From contig MU004183.1 in NCBI GenBank assembly GCA_010093605.1, positions 1,550,001 through 1,614,000 of the forward strand: a stretch of DNA of 64,000 bases, written 5' to 3'. Each line of letters opens with the position of its first letter. Position 1 is the first letter of the stretch. Shown one piece after another: positions 24,071 to 36,750 of the stretch. The position numbers were made by a program, and so were the translations under genes. This DNA comes from Lophium mytilinum. Its lineage: Eukaryota. The notes below the pieces were generated by a model. The model saw nothing but the letters and a program-made list of their open reading frames with translations. It did no database searches and was not told the origin of the DNA.

Positions 24071-26062
24071 CTAACCACCTGGAACAACCACCTCCCTTCC
24101 AGGGCCCTTCTTAACGCTTCTCCATTCGATGAAGCACGTGCACAAGAACGCCACCGCGCACACCGCTACTACCACTCTGTAGGTATCCTTCAATCCTGCC
24201 GTGTACGCCACCAGGACGTTGTGCAATTGGCCCTCCTGTCCAATATCCTTCAACACTCCTCGGATAGCCGTCGCGCCGGTATTGATCATCAGCTTCGGCG
24301 GGAGAGTGGATGCGTGTTCCGCGAGCCCTTTGATAAATCCGTTCTGGAAGACAGATTGGCCGACCGCGATGAAAAGGGCGCCACCGAGCGACTGGAAGAA
24401 CATGACTGTCACAGTTCCGATCGGGATGTCCTCCATGGGCAAAACGGTCTTTGTTCAGGTCAGTGCGTGCTGTGAAAAATGTCCTCATAGAGTACTTACC
24501 TGGACTGCGACGAGCGGGACGTTGAAGCCGACACCTGCGCCTAGGCCCGTGACGATCTGGTAGCCGAACCACTTGCCAAACACAGTATCAACCTCGAATG
24601 TCGAGATCAGCCCAGCACCGACGGTCATCAGTGCCGCGCTGAAGATGATGACGGGTGCGTAGGCACCCACGACTTGGCAGTACACGCCGGCGAGAATAGA
24701 GGTCAAGACGGAGGCCAGCATGAGCGGGAGGATCTGGATGCCGGATTTGGTGGGCGAAGAGCCCTTGACTGCTTGGAGGTAGAGCGGGAGATAATACATC
24801 AACACAAAAATTCCGCCACCGAAGAAGAAGACGAAGCCGGCGGCAGAGGCGACGGTGCGCTGCTTCAGGATACGTGGTGGGATAGTGGCTTTGTCGCCAA
24901 GGTAGATTTGCGACGCGACGAAAAGGATGAGCATGAGGCCTGCGCCGACAAAGAGCCCGATGATGTGCCCGCTGTTCCAGGGGTAGGTGTTACCGCCCCA
25001 CTGGACTGCGAGGAGGAGCATGATGATGCCTGGGACGAGGATGGAGGCGCCGATGAGGTCGAGTTCCTTGATGCGGTCGATGTACTTCTTGTTCGAGTCT
25101 TCGGGATTGCGAGGGAGATGAAGCACAAAGATTACGACGGCCGCGGAAAATGCGCCGATAGGCAAGCTAAATTAAGTCAGTGAGAAGCTACCCTCGGGAA
25201 ATCAATTGACGAACTTGATGTAGAAACACCATCTCCAGGAGACCTCTTGAGTAAACACGCCTCCCAAAAGAGGGCCAGCTATCGAAGCCAACCCCCACAT
25301 GGCGCCGAAAGCGCCGAAGACCATGGGCCTCTGATGTAGAGGTACTATTTCATAAGGGTTAGACGACGCCTCCGAAAGTCCAATCAGCAGATTGGCTACT
25401 TACGAGAATGCGCGATGATGACTAGACCTCCCGAGAAGATACCGCCAACTCCCATACCAGCAATGGCCCGTCCGACAATAAGCGCAGTGCTCGATGGCGC
25501 GACAGCACAGATGAGAGACCCAAGTTCAAAGACGCCAATAGCTATCAAGAAGACGGTTTTGATCTGAAGTGTTTGAATGGCATCAGCACGGTTCATTGAC
25601 ATAAAAGATCGAACTCATCGGAGGGGTACAAACATCAAAAACTTTGTATATCCGACCAAAACTGGGCTGCAGCGACGTGCTCGTCAAAAAGTACGCACTC
25701 CCATACCATCCAATATCCGAAATGGATTTGAAGTGGTCGGTGATTTTCGGGATGGCGGTTGCGATGATGGTTTGATCCAGAGCAACTAGAAACACGGCCA
25801 GACAGAGCGCAATGATCAACGTGACGAGTTTGATGCCAGTAACATGCCCCGCGGTCTCATCCACAGGTTCAGCTTTCTCCTCATCGGCCAAGTCAGATCC
25901 ATTTTCAACGTGTGCGGCGGTTTCCTTGCTGATATCGTTGTCGTTGTCGTGTAGCGAGGATACTGCGGCACTCTTTGACTCGCCAAGGACGGATGGTTCC
26001 AATTCGCTCTTCTCGTAGTCCGGGACTTGTGCCTCCACCTTGGGCGATGGAGCTTCTCCCAT
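24071..26062 (-). CDS. MFS drug:H+ antiporter, DHA2 (AflT/GliA-like) efflux pump
   Basis: [42 protein letters not shown] and [12 protein letters not shown] across several exons. Confidence 0.93.
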
Positions 26063-28187
26063 GATGGGCTTTCAAAAGGTTGTAGATGGGAAGTGTAACC
26101 GAGCAACTTCAATGACGATGGGAGCGTGAGACAGGGTGTGCTTTCCCAACGCGACGAAAAATAATTCCCAAAAGCAAACAACACAACGGAGGCAAGAAGA
26201 AAGAATAAAGATGATGACTGTGGCAGGCTAGCAGATATATAATAAACGAAGTGTCAGCAGCTAACCGCCCCCTGACGATGCGATTGTGCAATGAAAATCC
26301 CGTCGAGAAAAAAGACGGACGCATGTAGCGCCTGGTAGCCTGGCCGGGCACTCGGGCTCTGGGGCTCGTGGGCTGTATAACCCCATTAGCCAAGGCCGGC
26401 TGCCAGCCATCCAACGCCTGCATTCTGCTTAGCTCGTAAATAAGAGACATGGTGGCCGTATTGAAACGCGTTAGAGGCGTTTCGACGGGCAGCCCAGGTG
26501 CCTGCGGGGGGTTGAGTTACCCCGACTCAGCAAATGGGGGCGGCTCATTGGTCCAGGACTCCTTGATCCTGCCTCAGATCTTTGTTAGAGCAGCCACCAT
26601 TTGTCAGCGCACAAATGCTAACGGAGGGCTTGTCGGTGTTCTTTGAGTGCGAGTTGCGAATTCGTGGCTTGCACGTGTGAGATCTGGCAGGTGGGTGGTA
26701 CCGATGGGCCCTCGGGTAACCGCGTCGAACTCTAAACAGCCGGTTGGCCTGATAGGGCTGACAGCGGGGGCCGAGACATCTTATATGTTACATTCAACAT
26801 AAATACTAAGACGCTCTCGAATGCCGCCTTACTCTTGGGTTGCTGCTGCGAGTCTTGGTGATAGGTGCAGTGGTAGTGCTCACTCGCTCGGCTCTCCATT
26901 CCTCACCGACTACATCGTACGATAACCCGAGTGCCCAGGTCTTGCAGAATAAGGCAAGGGTACTCCGTAGGAGTCATCAATCAGAAGATCTACATAGTAA
27001 GGCGCCAAGCGGTAAGAAAGCCTTCAATACGGAGACAAGGACACCAAGACAGGTCAATCAATGAGACTGGAAATAAGCAGAAGAATCAGAAGCGCCACAA
27101 TCACAAGAAGTCACAGTCATGAGGATTTAACGGACTTAAAGCTCGAGGGCGTAGGCCTTAAAACCAGTGCCAAATCCCCCAGGCCACTCGATGGTAGTCA
27201 GTTTTAGCGTCAGGCTAACCTAATTAGGATAAACTCAGCGATGCTAATGGGGTACCATTCCCTCTATCGTATTCGCACGATGCGCTAATCCCGATGTCGT
27301 ATTGACAAACAGTGCGCTATTCCCCTTCTCGTACTTTTGCCGCTGTACTACGCCCTACGTCCTACTTCCAAGGATGCGCTAGTCCGTCCTTCGTATTTCG
27401 TATTCGTTGCTCTATATAGCAGACCACCGGGCAACCATTCAAAGATCTAAGAAGTGATCCGATCCAGCCATTCAACCAAAAGCTCAGTAATTGCCGAGAC
27501 ACTTCGCCTTTTGGTCAGCAGAGCGGAGTTCTTCATGTGATAGCGTTCATCTTTTAACCTCCACGACGTTCAAGCTTACCGCACCCATAGTCAAGAAGGA
27601 TACCGCATTACCCAAGTAAAAGCCTACTGCTCTAGCATGTATCATATACCTATCATGTGATCTACGATGTAATCGCGTGACGTGTATTCTGAAGTCTTAA
27701 AGATCCTATTCCAGATGTGTGGAACCAAGCACGACAGCCCGTTTCAGGGCCCGATCCAATCCAATCCAAGCCATGATAGCACCACAGAGGATTCCAGCAT
27801 CCACGAGTGTTTGATGTTTCCCGCGCTCTGATATTTTCATGACTGTGCATCTACATCATCTCTCAGTGCCCGAATCGAGTTATGCGTGTTCGGCCAATTT
27901 CGCCAGGAAATCCAAGGAAGCACCCCGACAGCACCCCCGACCACCCCAAGCGATCCCTCCTCCAACGTTCTAGTATCGCTTGTCTGGCTTTGAAATCACC
28001 CACAAGACTTGAAGCGATATGCAAGAGTCGGGCTAACTCGTGCACCGAAACCCAATCGGCCCACCTCCAACAAACCAAGGTAGATCTTTCCCCAAGGCTC
28101 TGATTTCGCGTGATAGGATGTGAAATCCGTTGCGAGTGGCTCTCTCAAGACATTCATTCGAAGTGACAAGAGCATTACGCAGCAGCG

Positions 28188-30779
28188 TCAGTCTGCCCCC
28201 GACCCCTTCCATCTCTTCCTCATCGTAATCCCAAAACTCTCCCCATCCTTCAACAGCCCAACGCCAACCTCCATATCCCTCGTCCCTCTCATCTCCAACT
28301 CGCTCTTGATCTCCTTATCCATCGCACGCGAGCTCCCACGCACCAACTCCTCCGTTTCCGGTCCAAGCACCTGCGCGACGTTCGCCCAGTCGTTGCCGAG
28401 CATCGAGAACTGCGTCTTCCAGACAAACAGCGTCGCGATGACTGTGAAGATTAAGGTTTGGAGGAGTATAAGAATGACGACGGCCGTGAAGCCGCGTGTG
28501 TCTTGGGGGTATAGTACATTTGAGAAGAAGACGAATGTTGCGTTGCCCTTTTTCGTGTATGCAGGAAACTGGTCGTAGTATGCCATACTGCTGAGGATTG
28601 TGAGTAGAGAGGACATGGTTGATGCAATGGAGCCGTTTTGAGCCATGGCCTCGAGGAAGAAGGAGGAAAGAGCTGGGTCTGGGAGGGTACAGTTCGTGAT
28701 GCCGGGGGGAAAGGCGAGACCGATAGACGGGTCGAATACAAGGGCCGACCAGTTGCCGTTTAAACGGCTGCTCTCGAACCTTGTGGGGTCTGGGTCATGT
28801 AGGACTGTTTGGTTTGAAGTCTCGTTGGTGAAGGTGTGGGCGGAAATTAGCTCTGTGCGTTCTCTGTTTCGCAGTCCATATCCAGACATATCCGCGAAGG
28901 CCTGGACGGGAGGCTGCTGCTGTATAGGAGCAGCATCGTCATTTGTAGGTATCCATGTCGTTTCTGACAGATTCAGGACGTTGCGAGCTTCTAGAGAAGT
29001 GACGTTAGGGTGCTGGCCCATTTGGATTCGTAATTCCGAGAAATCGTAGCGGGAAGAGCCGTGGTTTATGCGAGCGATAGGTTCCTGCCGGCTGGAGTCC
29101 GAAGACATGTGAATACTCAAGTCGGCGGTCTGCCACGATGTGTAGCAAAGAGATACGCTAATAGTCTGGTTGAACAGGACGATATTGTCCGAAGCAGAAT
29201 CAGCTACCTCCATCCTCGTGGTGATGTTGAGCCATTCCGACTCAGAAGGTTCGAGGTGTGTGCGCGTGTTGTTTTGCTGATCGGTGGAATAGTCTTGTAT
29301 ACTTTTAATGGCAGCGAGGCCCTGTTCATCAAAGGATCGAAAGATAAGATAGGTAGGTCCCCATGACGGAAGGGTGTCGAATGGTGTCGGTGCCATCTGA
29401 TCGACAGTGACGTTTGTGAGCCTGCTTTTCAGACTTCCAGCAGTCTCCCCTGGTACTGCCGCAAGCATGTCATGGAGGCCCTCTTTCTCGAAATCCTGAC
29501 TCCAGATCAAATACTGAAGCCCCTGAATCTGACATATGGAGTACGATGCAACCCCAACTAGATATTTACACTCGAAAGATATTGGGTCTGGTGGTGTCCA
29601 GAGGTCCGGAACCTCCGTCGAATTGGTAAATATCCCAGAGACGGTCCATATCAGGCTCCCCGTCTGGTCCATGGTCTTCTCAACCCCAATAGTCACGTTT
29701 ACAGTTTCGAAATCAGGCTGCTGACATGAGACTCGAGAATCTACAACAAAAGCCGACCCGGTGTATTTTCGAACGGTTTGTCGAGACTGAGCATCTGTGA
29801 AGGGCATGAATGCACGGAGGGTATACCCGGTGTCATCTACTTTTTCTTTCTTCGGCACTGCTTCGGTATATTCCCCGAAAGCGGGATAGAACGGAGGATT
29901 CCTAGCCCATGATATGCCACGGTGGATAAGGGGAGCATTTGTTAGTTGGTATAGATCCCAGCCTTGAACATCCCCAACACGTGCTATTGTGTTATATTCG
30001 AAGTCATAGAAGAAGGTTCTGTTCTTCGAATAGCCTTCAAGAAGACCAAGTTTCAGATCGGAGAGTAGGGCCGTAGAGCTAAATTGAAGCAGTATGGTGG
30101 TAGTCGTCAAAAGGATTATTAATGGCAGAAAAAGGTAGTGCGTGATTCCGCCTTTCTCCCGGGAACCAAAGAACATGGGCAGGAGGAGTCGCCAGGGTGA
30201 AGCCATTCCGGATCTCATGACAGAAACAGCTGCCGAGTCGCAAAGGCGCACAGCATAGGATTCTAACGCCAGAGCTGCCAGCATGGATGCCCCAATTCCA
30301 GCGATGAAGTCGATGATAGTGCGAATGATCATAGCAGAGATGGATACTGCCCGAGTGGCCCATTGGTTGACCATGAGATAGTGCCAGTTGCCATTGGAAG
30401 AGTCGGAGAACCATAAGAAGACTAGAACTTCAATAAGAGTCAAAGCAACGACGGGAGTAGCGACCAGAAGTGTGATTGCAAGCCAACCAAGCTTGTGCCG
30501 CAACTTAATATTGGCCTTACGCTTTTGAGGCTGCTTTAGGTCATTCGGAGACAACGGGCTTTGAGGAGTATTTGGAGAATATCGAGACGATCTAGTATTG
30601 AAACGTCCATGTTCAGATTCGGGAGAAAGCAGAAGTCGATCGGTAAGAGCGTCGGCGTCTGAGTCCGTCCTGCGATGGTTGGGCAAGCGGAGCGTCGACG
30701 CGATATCTGATATGCTCTCAAATGATCGCCGGTGCTGCGGTGAGATCAACCCTAGATCATCCAGCTCATGATCCGCCAT
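28188..30779 (-). CDS. Uncharacterised 863-aa membrane glycoprotein
   Basis: Single 2.6-kb ORF. About three N-terminal hydrophobic helices, a large sequon-rich domain and a C-terminal TM helix. Confidence 0.85.
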   Translation of the reverse strand: MADHELDDLGLISPQHRRSFESISDIASTLRLPNHRRTDSDADALTDRLLLSPESEHGRFNTRSSRYSPNTPQSPLSPNDLKQPQKRKANIKLRHKLGWLAITLLVATPVVALTLIEVLVFLWFSDSSNGNWHYLMVNQWATRAVSISAMIIRTIIDFIAGIGASMLAALALESYAVRLCDSAAVSVMRSGMASPWRLLLPMFFGSREKGGITHYLFLPLIILLTTTTILLQFSSTALLSDLKLGLLEGYSKNRTFFYDFEYNTIARVGDVQGWDLYQLTNAPLIHRGISWARNPPFYPAFGEYTEAVPKKEKVDDTGYTLRAFMPFTDAQSRQTVRKYTGSAFVVDSRVSCQQPDFETVNVTIGVEKTMDQTGSLIWTVSGIFTNSTEVPDLWTPPDPISFECKYLVGVASYSICQIQGLQYLIWSQDFEKEGLHDMLAAVPGETAGSLKSRLTNVTVDQMAPTPFDTLPSWGPTYLIFRSFDEQGLAAIKSIQDYSTDQQNNTRTHLEPSESEWLNITTRMEVADSASDNIVLFNQTISVSLCYTSWQTADLSIHMSSDSSRQEPIARINHGSSRYDFSELRIQMGQHPNVTSLEARNVLNLSETTWIPTNDDAAPIQQQPPVQAFADMSGYGLRNRERTELISAHTFTNETSNQTVLHDPDPTRFESSRLNGNWSALVFDPSIGLAFPPGITNCTLPDPALSSFFLEAMAQNGSIASTMSSLLTILSSMAYYDQFPAYTKKGNATFVFFSNVLYPQDTRGFTAVVILILLQTLIFTVIATLFVWKTQFSMLGNDWANVAQVLGPETEELVRGSSRAMDKEIKSELEMRGTRDMEVGVGLLKDGESFGITMRKRWKGSGAD

Positions 30780-32043
30780 ATTTGCTAACTGCGCGAAGTT
30801 GCAGTTTCTCAGATCAATAGTCTAGATTACATCTCTAAGAACCTTCTATACTACGACTTGAAGAGTAGTGGTTAGATGCGGAGTTTGTGGGCCGTACTAC
30901 GTCCCAATATGGAGGCGGTCTCGACGTCAAAGTGTGCTATGCTGGTTAGAATGCGTTAGAGTGTTACAGCTATTTCCATGCTGGGTGTCTTTCGAAGCAC
31001 TTGGCGTAGACATACTTGCTATAAGCCTGCTGGTGTGTAAATGCTATTAACATGTGCTCAACCAGAAGCACACGCGACCACCGAAGACGTGAAAATAGAG
31101 TCCGAAAGGCGGCACGTGAAAAGGGTTCTTGATCTTGAAAACCTCGTAGAGACCCGCCGAATTGATGGAGGGAAAACGCTGCATCAAAATTACAAGAGAA
31201 GAGGCCGCGGCAGAGTCAAGGATAAAGAAGAAGGCGGGAGGAATCAAATAGATCCAGGCTTTGGAGAAGACAAGGCTGGGCTGAAGTGTGCCAACTTTCG
31301 CGAGGATGCATACTATCACAGCAGATAAGTACGAAAAAGGAAAGGCTGCGGCTGATGACAAGGCTAGATCCTGTTGGATGCCAGGTGGTGGAGAGGCGAG
31401 AAGACTCCTACGATGCGTGATTGCTCCGTCTCAATCTCAGCCTCCTGTCTTGTGGAACATAGCCCGCAGTGACAGGGATGCATCAGGGCAGGTAATCATG
31501 TTGCAGAAGGTACGAGGTAGCGCGGTCCAAAAGGAACCCTCAGTATTCGCTCCGGTGGGGGCTAAAATGAGGCATGGCATGAAGGTCGGGGGGCACACAT
31601 GTGCCCCGGAGGATTGGAAGACGCTAGTCTCATATAGTACTAGCCAATCGTAGCTCCAGATAATAATAAACCCCTCAGCCTTCTTGGGTCGGCAAGAATA
31701 TTTCTCCCTGTGTGCTTGGAGTACGATGTAATGACGAGTAATTGGTGGCTCACTGCTATTCAGTCATCGCCAACAGATCTAAGACTTCCCGCTATTTGTT
31801 TTGTCAATATATTCTTACCGTATGAAGTCCTTTCTAATAGCACACTGTAGATAATAAGGGGACGATGCAAAGATTCCGAGCACGTATATCAGACCCGGTA
31901 TGTGACACTCTTAATATGACCTTGAAAACGCGTCGAGGGAATGCCGGTCATAAGTCTAACTCTCCGCCGCCTCGAGTGCAAATACATCGAGCAAATTTGA
32001 TGAGATATCATCGTTGAACTTAAAGTCATACTGAGCATCCATC

Positions 32044-33584
32044 CTAAGATCTACTCCCCATTAATCGCCGTAGCATCAACACCTCATGCTTGGTCACGAA
32101 GACTCCGTTGCCCGTAGGACCACTCGAACCACCACCGCTATCACTTGATGACCCCTCCAGCGCATCCACAAGGTCCCGGACCTTCGCACCCTCCCATTGC
32201 CCACCCCCATTCGTCCAATATACCCGCTTGATCCCAACCGAGTCCATGTAGCAGATGCATCGATAGCAAGGCCTCGACGCGAGGACAGTACGTCGATCGA
32301 ACTTCTCCCCATGTTCAGCCTCTATGATATCTTTTGGTGCTCGAGCAGGATTGACCAACTCTTCATGAAGAGATCCAGTTCGAGGCTGAGAGTTGGGACT
32401 GTTGCGTCCATCGGGAATAATGTCATCTGAGCTGCATTCACTACATTCGGCCATGAAATCGGAGTTTGGCGGCAAAGTCGGCGACAACGTTGACTCCGGA
32501 GCTTTGCGATCGATCCTCCAGCCGAGCCGAGCAACGTACAAATCAGCTCCGTTCAGTCGTGAGTGCTTCATGCGATCTGTCACGCTGCGAGATGTCTGTC
32601 CCGTGCGGCCCTTTGGAAGTAAGGATGTCTGGGTCGTCGCGGGATTCTTATCTGGAGTCTTTTTCTTATGCAACTTCACTGATCAACATTTGCCCCAAAA
32701 TAGAGTAGTAAAGATCTAAGGAACTTACAATATGGATGCCAGTATTATGTCTCGTCGAGGTAGCGGAAGCATGAGAGCCGGAGCGAGTCACATTGGAAGC
32801 CAAGGACGACGGCTCAAGTTTATGTGCATGCTGCTGTCGGTGTTGTTTCTGTTGTCCAGAACGGTCGTACTGATACTGATTCCCCTGGTGACCATTCTTC
32901 AGATTCTTCAGGCGGTGTTTCTCCGCACTTTTCTTGTTGGGCAAGGCCACGTCCATCTCTTCCTCCTTGTGGTCTGAACCCGCGTTGTCCGTTTTGGCCT
33001 GGTTGAGATGCAGTGGCTTCAAACCAGTACTCTTGAACCTGCGCCTCGCCACGGCGTGGCTCCGTGACCGACTGATTGAGTGCGTCGAGGCACACGCGCT
33101 CGACGTACGCTTTAAGCCCGTCCCTGCGTAGTCGGGCTTTTCGTTTAGAACCACCCGATAGTTTAAAGCACGGTTTTTGAGACGACAGAGCGCTGGAAGC
33201 CATGGTGCTGGAAGACGAAAGGGCAGAGTGAATCGCCATCATCTCGGAATGCATAGACAGCGGCGTGTTCGCGTGACTGCCCCCTCCCATACCTTCGAAC
33301 GGCGTGAAAGGCTTCGTCAACTGGCTGTGCTCAGACTCGTTCCCGCTCTTGGCTTTCAGCTTATGCTTCTGCTTTCGCTTCAACTCGGCAATGGCAGCTC
33401 CATCGGCTGTGCCAGATGCCAGACGACCTGTCTTGAGAGCGCCGCCGTTGAATCCGGAGCGATAGTCGTTGTAGCCCTGGCCGATGACCTTCCCTCCCCG
33501 AACGACAATGCAGCCGTGGCGGTAGTGCAGAGGAGAGTTGGAAGCCTGCTCGAGGCAGAGCGTGAGGTAATTATCAGTCTTCAT
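32044..33584 (-). CDS. Zinc-dependent cytidine/dCMP deaminase-fold protein
   Basis: HGCIVVRGGKVIGQGYN and HSE in exon 1; ADLYVAR, RPCYRC and GIKRVYWT in the last exon. Intron 33108-33039 (GTACGT..CAG). A second intron starts at GTAAGT 32728, acceptor uncertain. Confidence 0.85.
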
Positions 33585-34141
33585 TCTGATTGAGTTGTGA
33601 ATTGTCTTGGGTCAGTTTTGGAACTGTGAGTCAAACAGACAACGGCTTTTGGGGAAGGATTATAGGCTTTGAGACTGGTTGTGAGTTGATAGCTGGGTGT
33701 GCTTTCTGATTGTGTGTTTGGATGTCACTGTTAAGAAAGACGGACAGTTGTAGCCGTGGAGTCATCGAAGAAGGCCGCCAAGCCGCTAGCGTTCCCCAAT
33801 GAGGGACTCACGACACATTCACCATTATACCAGAACACTAATTCACACCAAATGTTGAAAGGATGCAAATTGAAGTACGTTCCATTCACTAGTTTCGTAG
33901 TTTGACATCTGCCGGCGACTTTCCATTACTTTTGTGTGGTACTCTGTGCACTTTACCGGGAGCTAGTTCAGAAGGAAGAGAAATGCGCTCCCATTGAATG
34001 AGCTCTACGAAATGACATTCGGCATCACTCCAGAGCAGTGTAAGCAGCCAACTATCTGTCTATTTCGAATCATCACATCTTCTTGTCTATCCCGAACCCT
34101 ACCACCCCATAACGCCTCTCCTTCTAGCTAATCCCACTATT

Positions 34142-34764
34142 TCAATACGGCGGCTTAGCAACCGCTTGGATATAAGTAGCATTACAACTCGCATCCGCGC
34201 TCTTCCACTTAATCTGTAACACCATATCAGCATCCCTCCGTATCTCCCTTTCCCCCTCAAAAAAAAAGAAGAGACGAGACTCACCACACTCTGCCCTAGC
34301 TCCCCAATACAAATCCCCCACCCTTCCACCGCCCCATCCACAGCCAGCAGATACCCTCCTTGTAGCCCTAACTTCCCGCTTCCCTGGGGCGCCGCTAGAA
34401 ACTGCAATTCCTGCCCCTCTAGCACCGTTGTAGAGTTAAACTCGAATGTCCCCGTAGCCGGCGGCCCGAAGTTGTAGATGGTGGTGTGCAGCGTGCCGTC
34501 CGTGAGCGTAAAGTTGGGTAAGCTGCCGTACCCGGGGCCGGCCAGGCGGAGGAGGAAGTTCGGTTGGTGGTAAGGGTCGAACAGGCAGGTTGCGCTGACA
34601 GAGGGGAGGAGGGAGGAGTTTGCTGATGGGGTACGTTGGGGGGTTGTGACGAGGAAGAAGGGCTTGAGGGGGTACGTGGGGTAGGGTGTTGCGGTGGTTC
34701 GCATGATGAGGGCGGAAAGGGAGAGGATAACGAGGATGGGGAAGCTGAGCATTTTGAAGGTCAT
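34142..34764 (-). CDS. Small secreted protein, function unknown
   Basis: Signal peptide. Removing intron 34284-34214 gives the C-terminus IKWKSADASCNATYIQAVAKPPY*. Confidence 0.8.
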
Positions 34765-35459
34765 TTGGAGCTTGAAATGATACTGGTTGATTGGAGGATG
34801 AGATACAGAGGGAGGAAATGAAGAGGGGTAAGTAGTTGTAATAGAATCAATTGATGGGGGGAGCTGAAGTCTTTGTAGCAGAGTGGAGCTTCTTGTGTCT
34901 AGGTGCGGGTAAGTGCCATTCTACCGTCATTATTGGTAGCACCTGCAGAAAAACAGGGTCAGTCAATCTAGTACCCCGTTCCACGAGCGCCCGTTGGGAC
35001 CAACGAACATCGCCATCAGAACGGTAGAACTTTAGTGGAGATGAGGTTCCACAGGTGATCGGCGACTTCGTTTGGAGGGACTGCGCTATCTATACCTTCC
35101 AGCTCGTGTGAATTGAAAAAGACAAAACTTTCAATCTGCGCACTACTCCGGCTTAACAGTGTGCTTTACTGTGTAGAGATAGCGCACAGTAAGGGCCTAG
35201 TTTGGCAGTGTCCTGAGCGTGATAATTATTCGGACTTACGCCGTCAGGAGCTCCCTAGGAGACTGAAAATTTCGCGAATGAATGACATTTCCAGACCGTG
35301 TGAATCAGACCATGTTCCACGGATAAACACTCAAAGACTCCGAAGCGCACATTCACAGCACCACCCCCTCCAATTCATTTGAAAAGAAACCGGGATGAAT
35401 ACAAAGACGATGATGTGAATATCCCTGGTTCTTCCCTATATGTTTACTTACAAAAATAA

Positions 35460-35776
35460 GGACTGAGGGCAATTTATGACCGAATCGAGACGCCTAAATC
35501 CCGCATCGAGATCCTTGAGAAGCAGCTGGTATGCCCTACTGATATGGGAGGTATGGTGTTGATGCTAATAGGTCATAACCCACCCGACTCCTGCCAGACT
35601 ACCGCAACCTGATGAAGACACTGCCTGCGCAAGTGGGATAGATTAAGGCGCATATATTCAGGGTAGTATAGGCTTTGAAATGGCCATAGATTCAAAAGGC
35701 AGTGGACATGAAACTGTCTGAAGAGTCCATGAGTCTTTGGGGCAAGGCTGAACGAGGTATATTGGCGGAGTTCTGA
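35460..35776 (+). pseudogene. Degraded gene relic
   Basis: Intact-looking intron 35529-35571 (GTATGC..GCTAATAG). Protein-like frames on both sides, with three in-frame TAG stops downstream. Confidence 0.4.
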
Positions 35777-36750
35777 GCTAGCTTTCGTGATAGCTTACTT
35801 TGTGCTAGGCCAAAGAAAGCGCAGTTGTGCTGTCGACGAGCTCAGTTTCAGGAGGCATGGTGGCGCGCTCTCTCTCATATGTACACCCTTCTGTCACTGA
35901 TTGAGCGGCTTGAAGATGTTTCCCCACAGCCCAAACTGAAGGTATTCTATCTTGTTCGGATTTTCGAAAATGCTTTGAGACAGTCCAAGCAGTGGCATAC
36001 ACGTGTAAACACCCACCAAAGCGGGTTGTTCTAGAATGACTCTCGCCTATTTCATTCCTCGCGTGGAAGCTCGCCATTGATATGGGTAGGCGAATGGTGA
36101 AGATACTGTTCCGTGGTTGCATGTTGGCGAATGGTGCTCTTATTATAGAAGGGTTGAAAGTTTTGCGTTGTCCTGAATTACCAGTAGTTGCTATAAGTCC
36201 TTTAGAGACAGCCTTCGGACGAGGTCTATCGGGATCGACTCCGTAAGACTAGCGGGGGGGCCGTGCCGCGCTTTGCTCTGAACGTTGATAAGGAAGATGT
36301 TGAAGTTTTACTTGCGACGTGTGTTGAGATGCTTCAAAAGATGCCAGCCAGCCTGCCTCCAGAGTAGAGGAGTGGGAGAATGTCCTTGAACTGCTGATCA
36401 ACTCCATAACGCAGCAATGTTTGCTCATACCCATACATGTAAAACGCTAGTGTAGGAGAGTTAGAGTGTCTTAAGACGGGAAGTCCTTTTGACTTTCTCG
36501 TCTAGGATCTTCCTGCCTAGCCTGTGATGAAATGAAAGATGTGCAGGATCGCTGCTGAAAAGTGGTCAACGCTCGACGGCGGAACTCCTATTGGGCTCAT
36601 CTTTTCAGGCCTTCCTTGGTTGTAGGGGAGAAGCTGGGCGGATGGGCAATGACGGCTGAAGTCTTCAGTTCAAGCCACCCGCTCAACTCTTATCCGTACC
36701 AAATACCTTCAGAGGCCTGTTACTCATGCTCTTTTGTATCTCTCTCAACG

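Noticed and set aside
31050..31400. Lys/Glu-rich coding-like stretch with stops
   Set aside because: It may be a relic, but there is no recognisable motif or splice structure to support a call.
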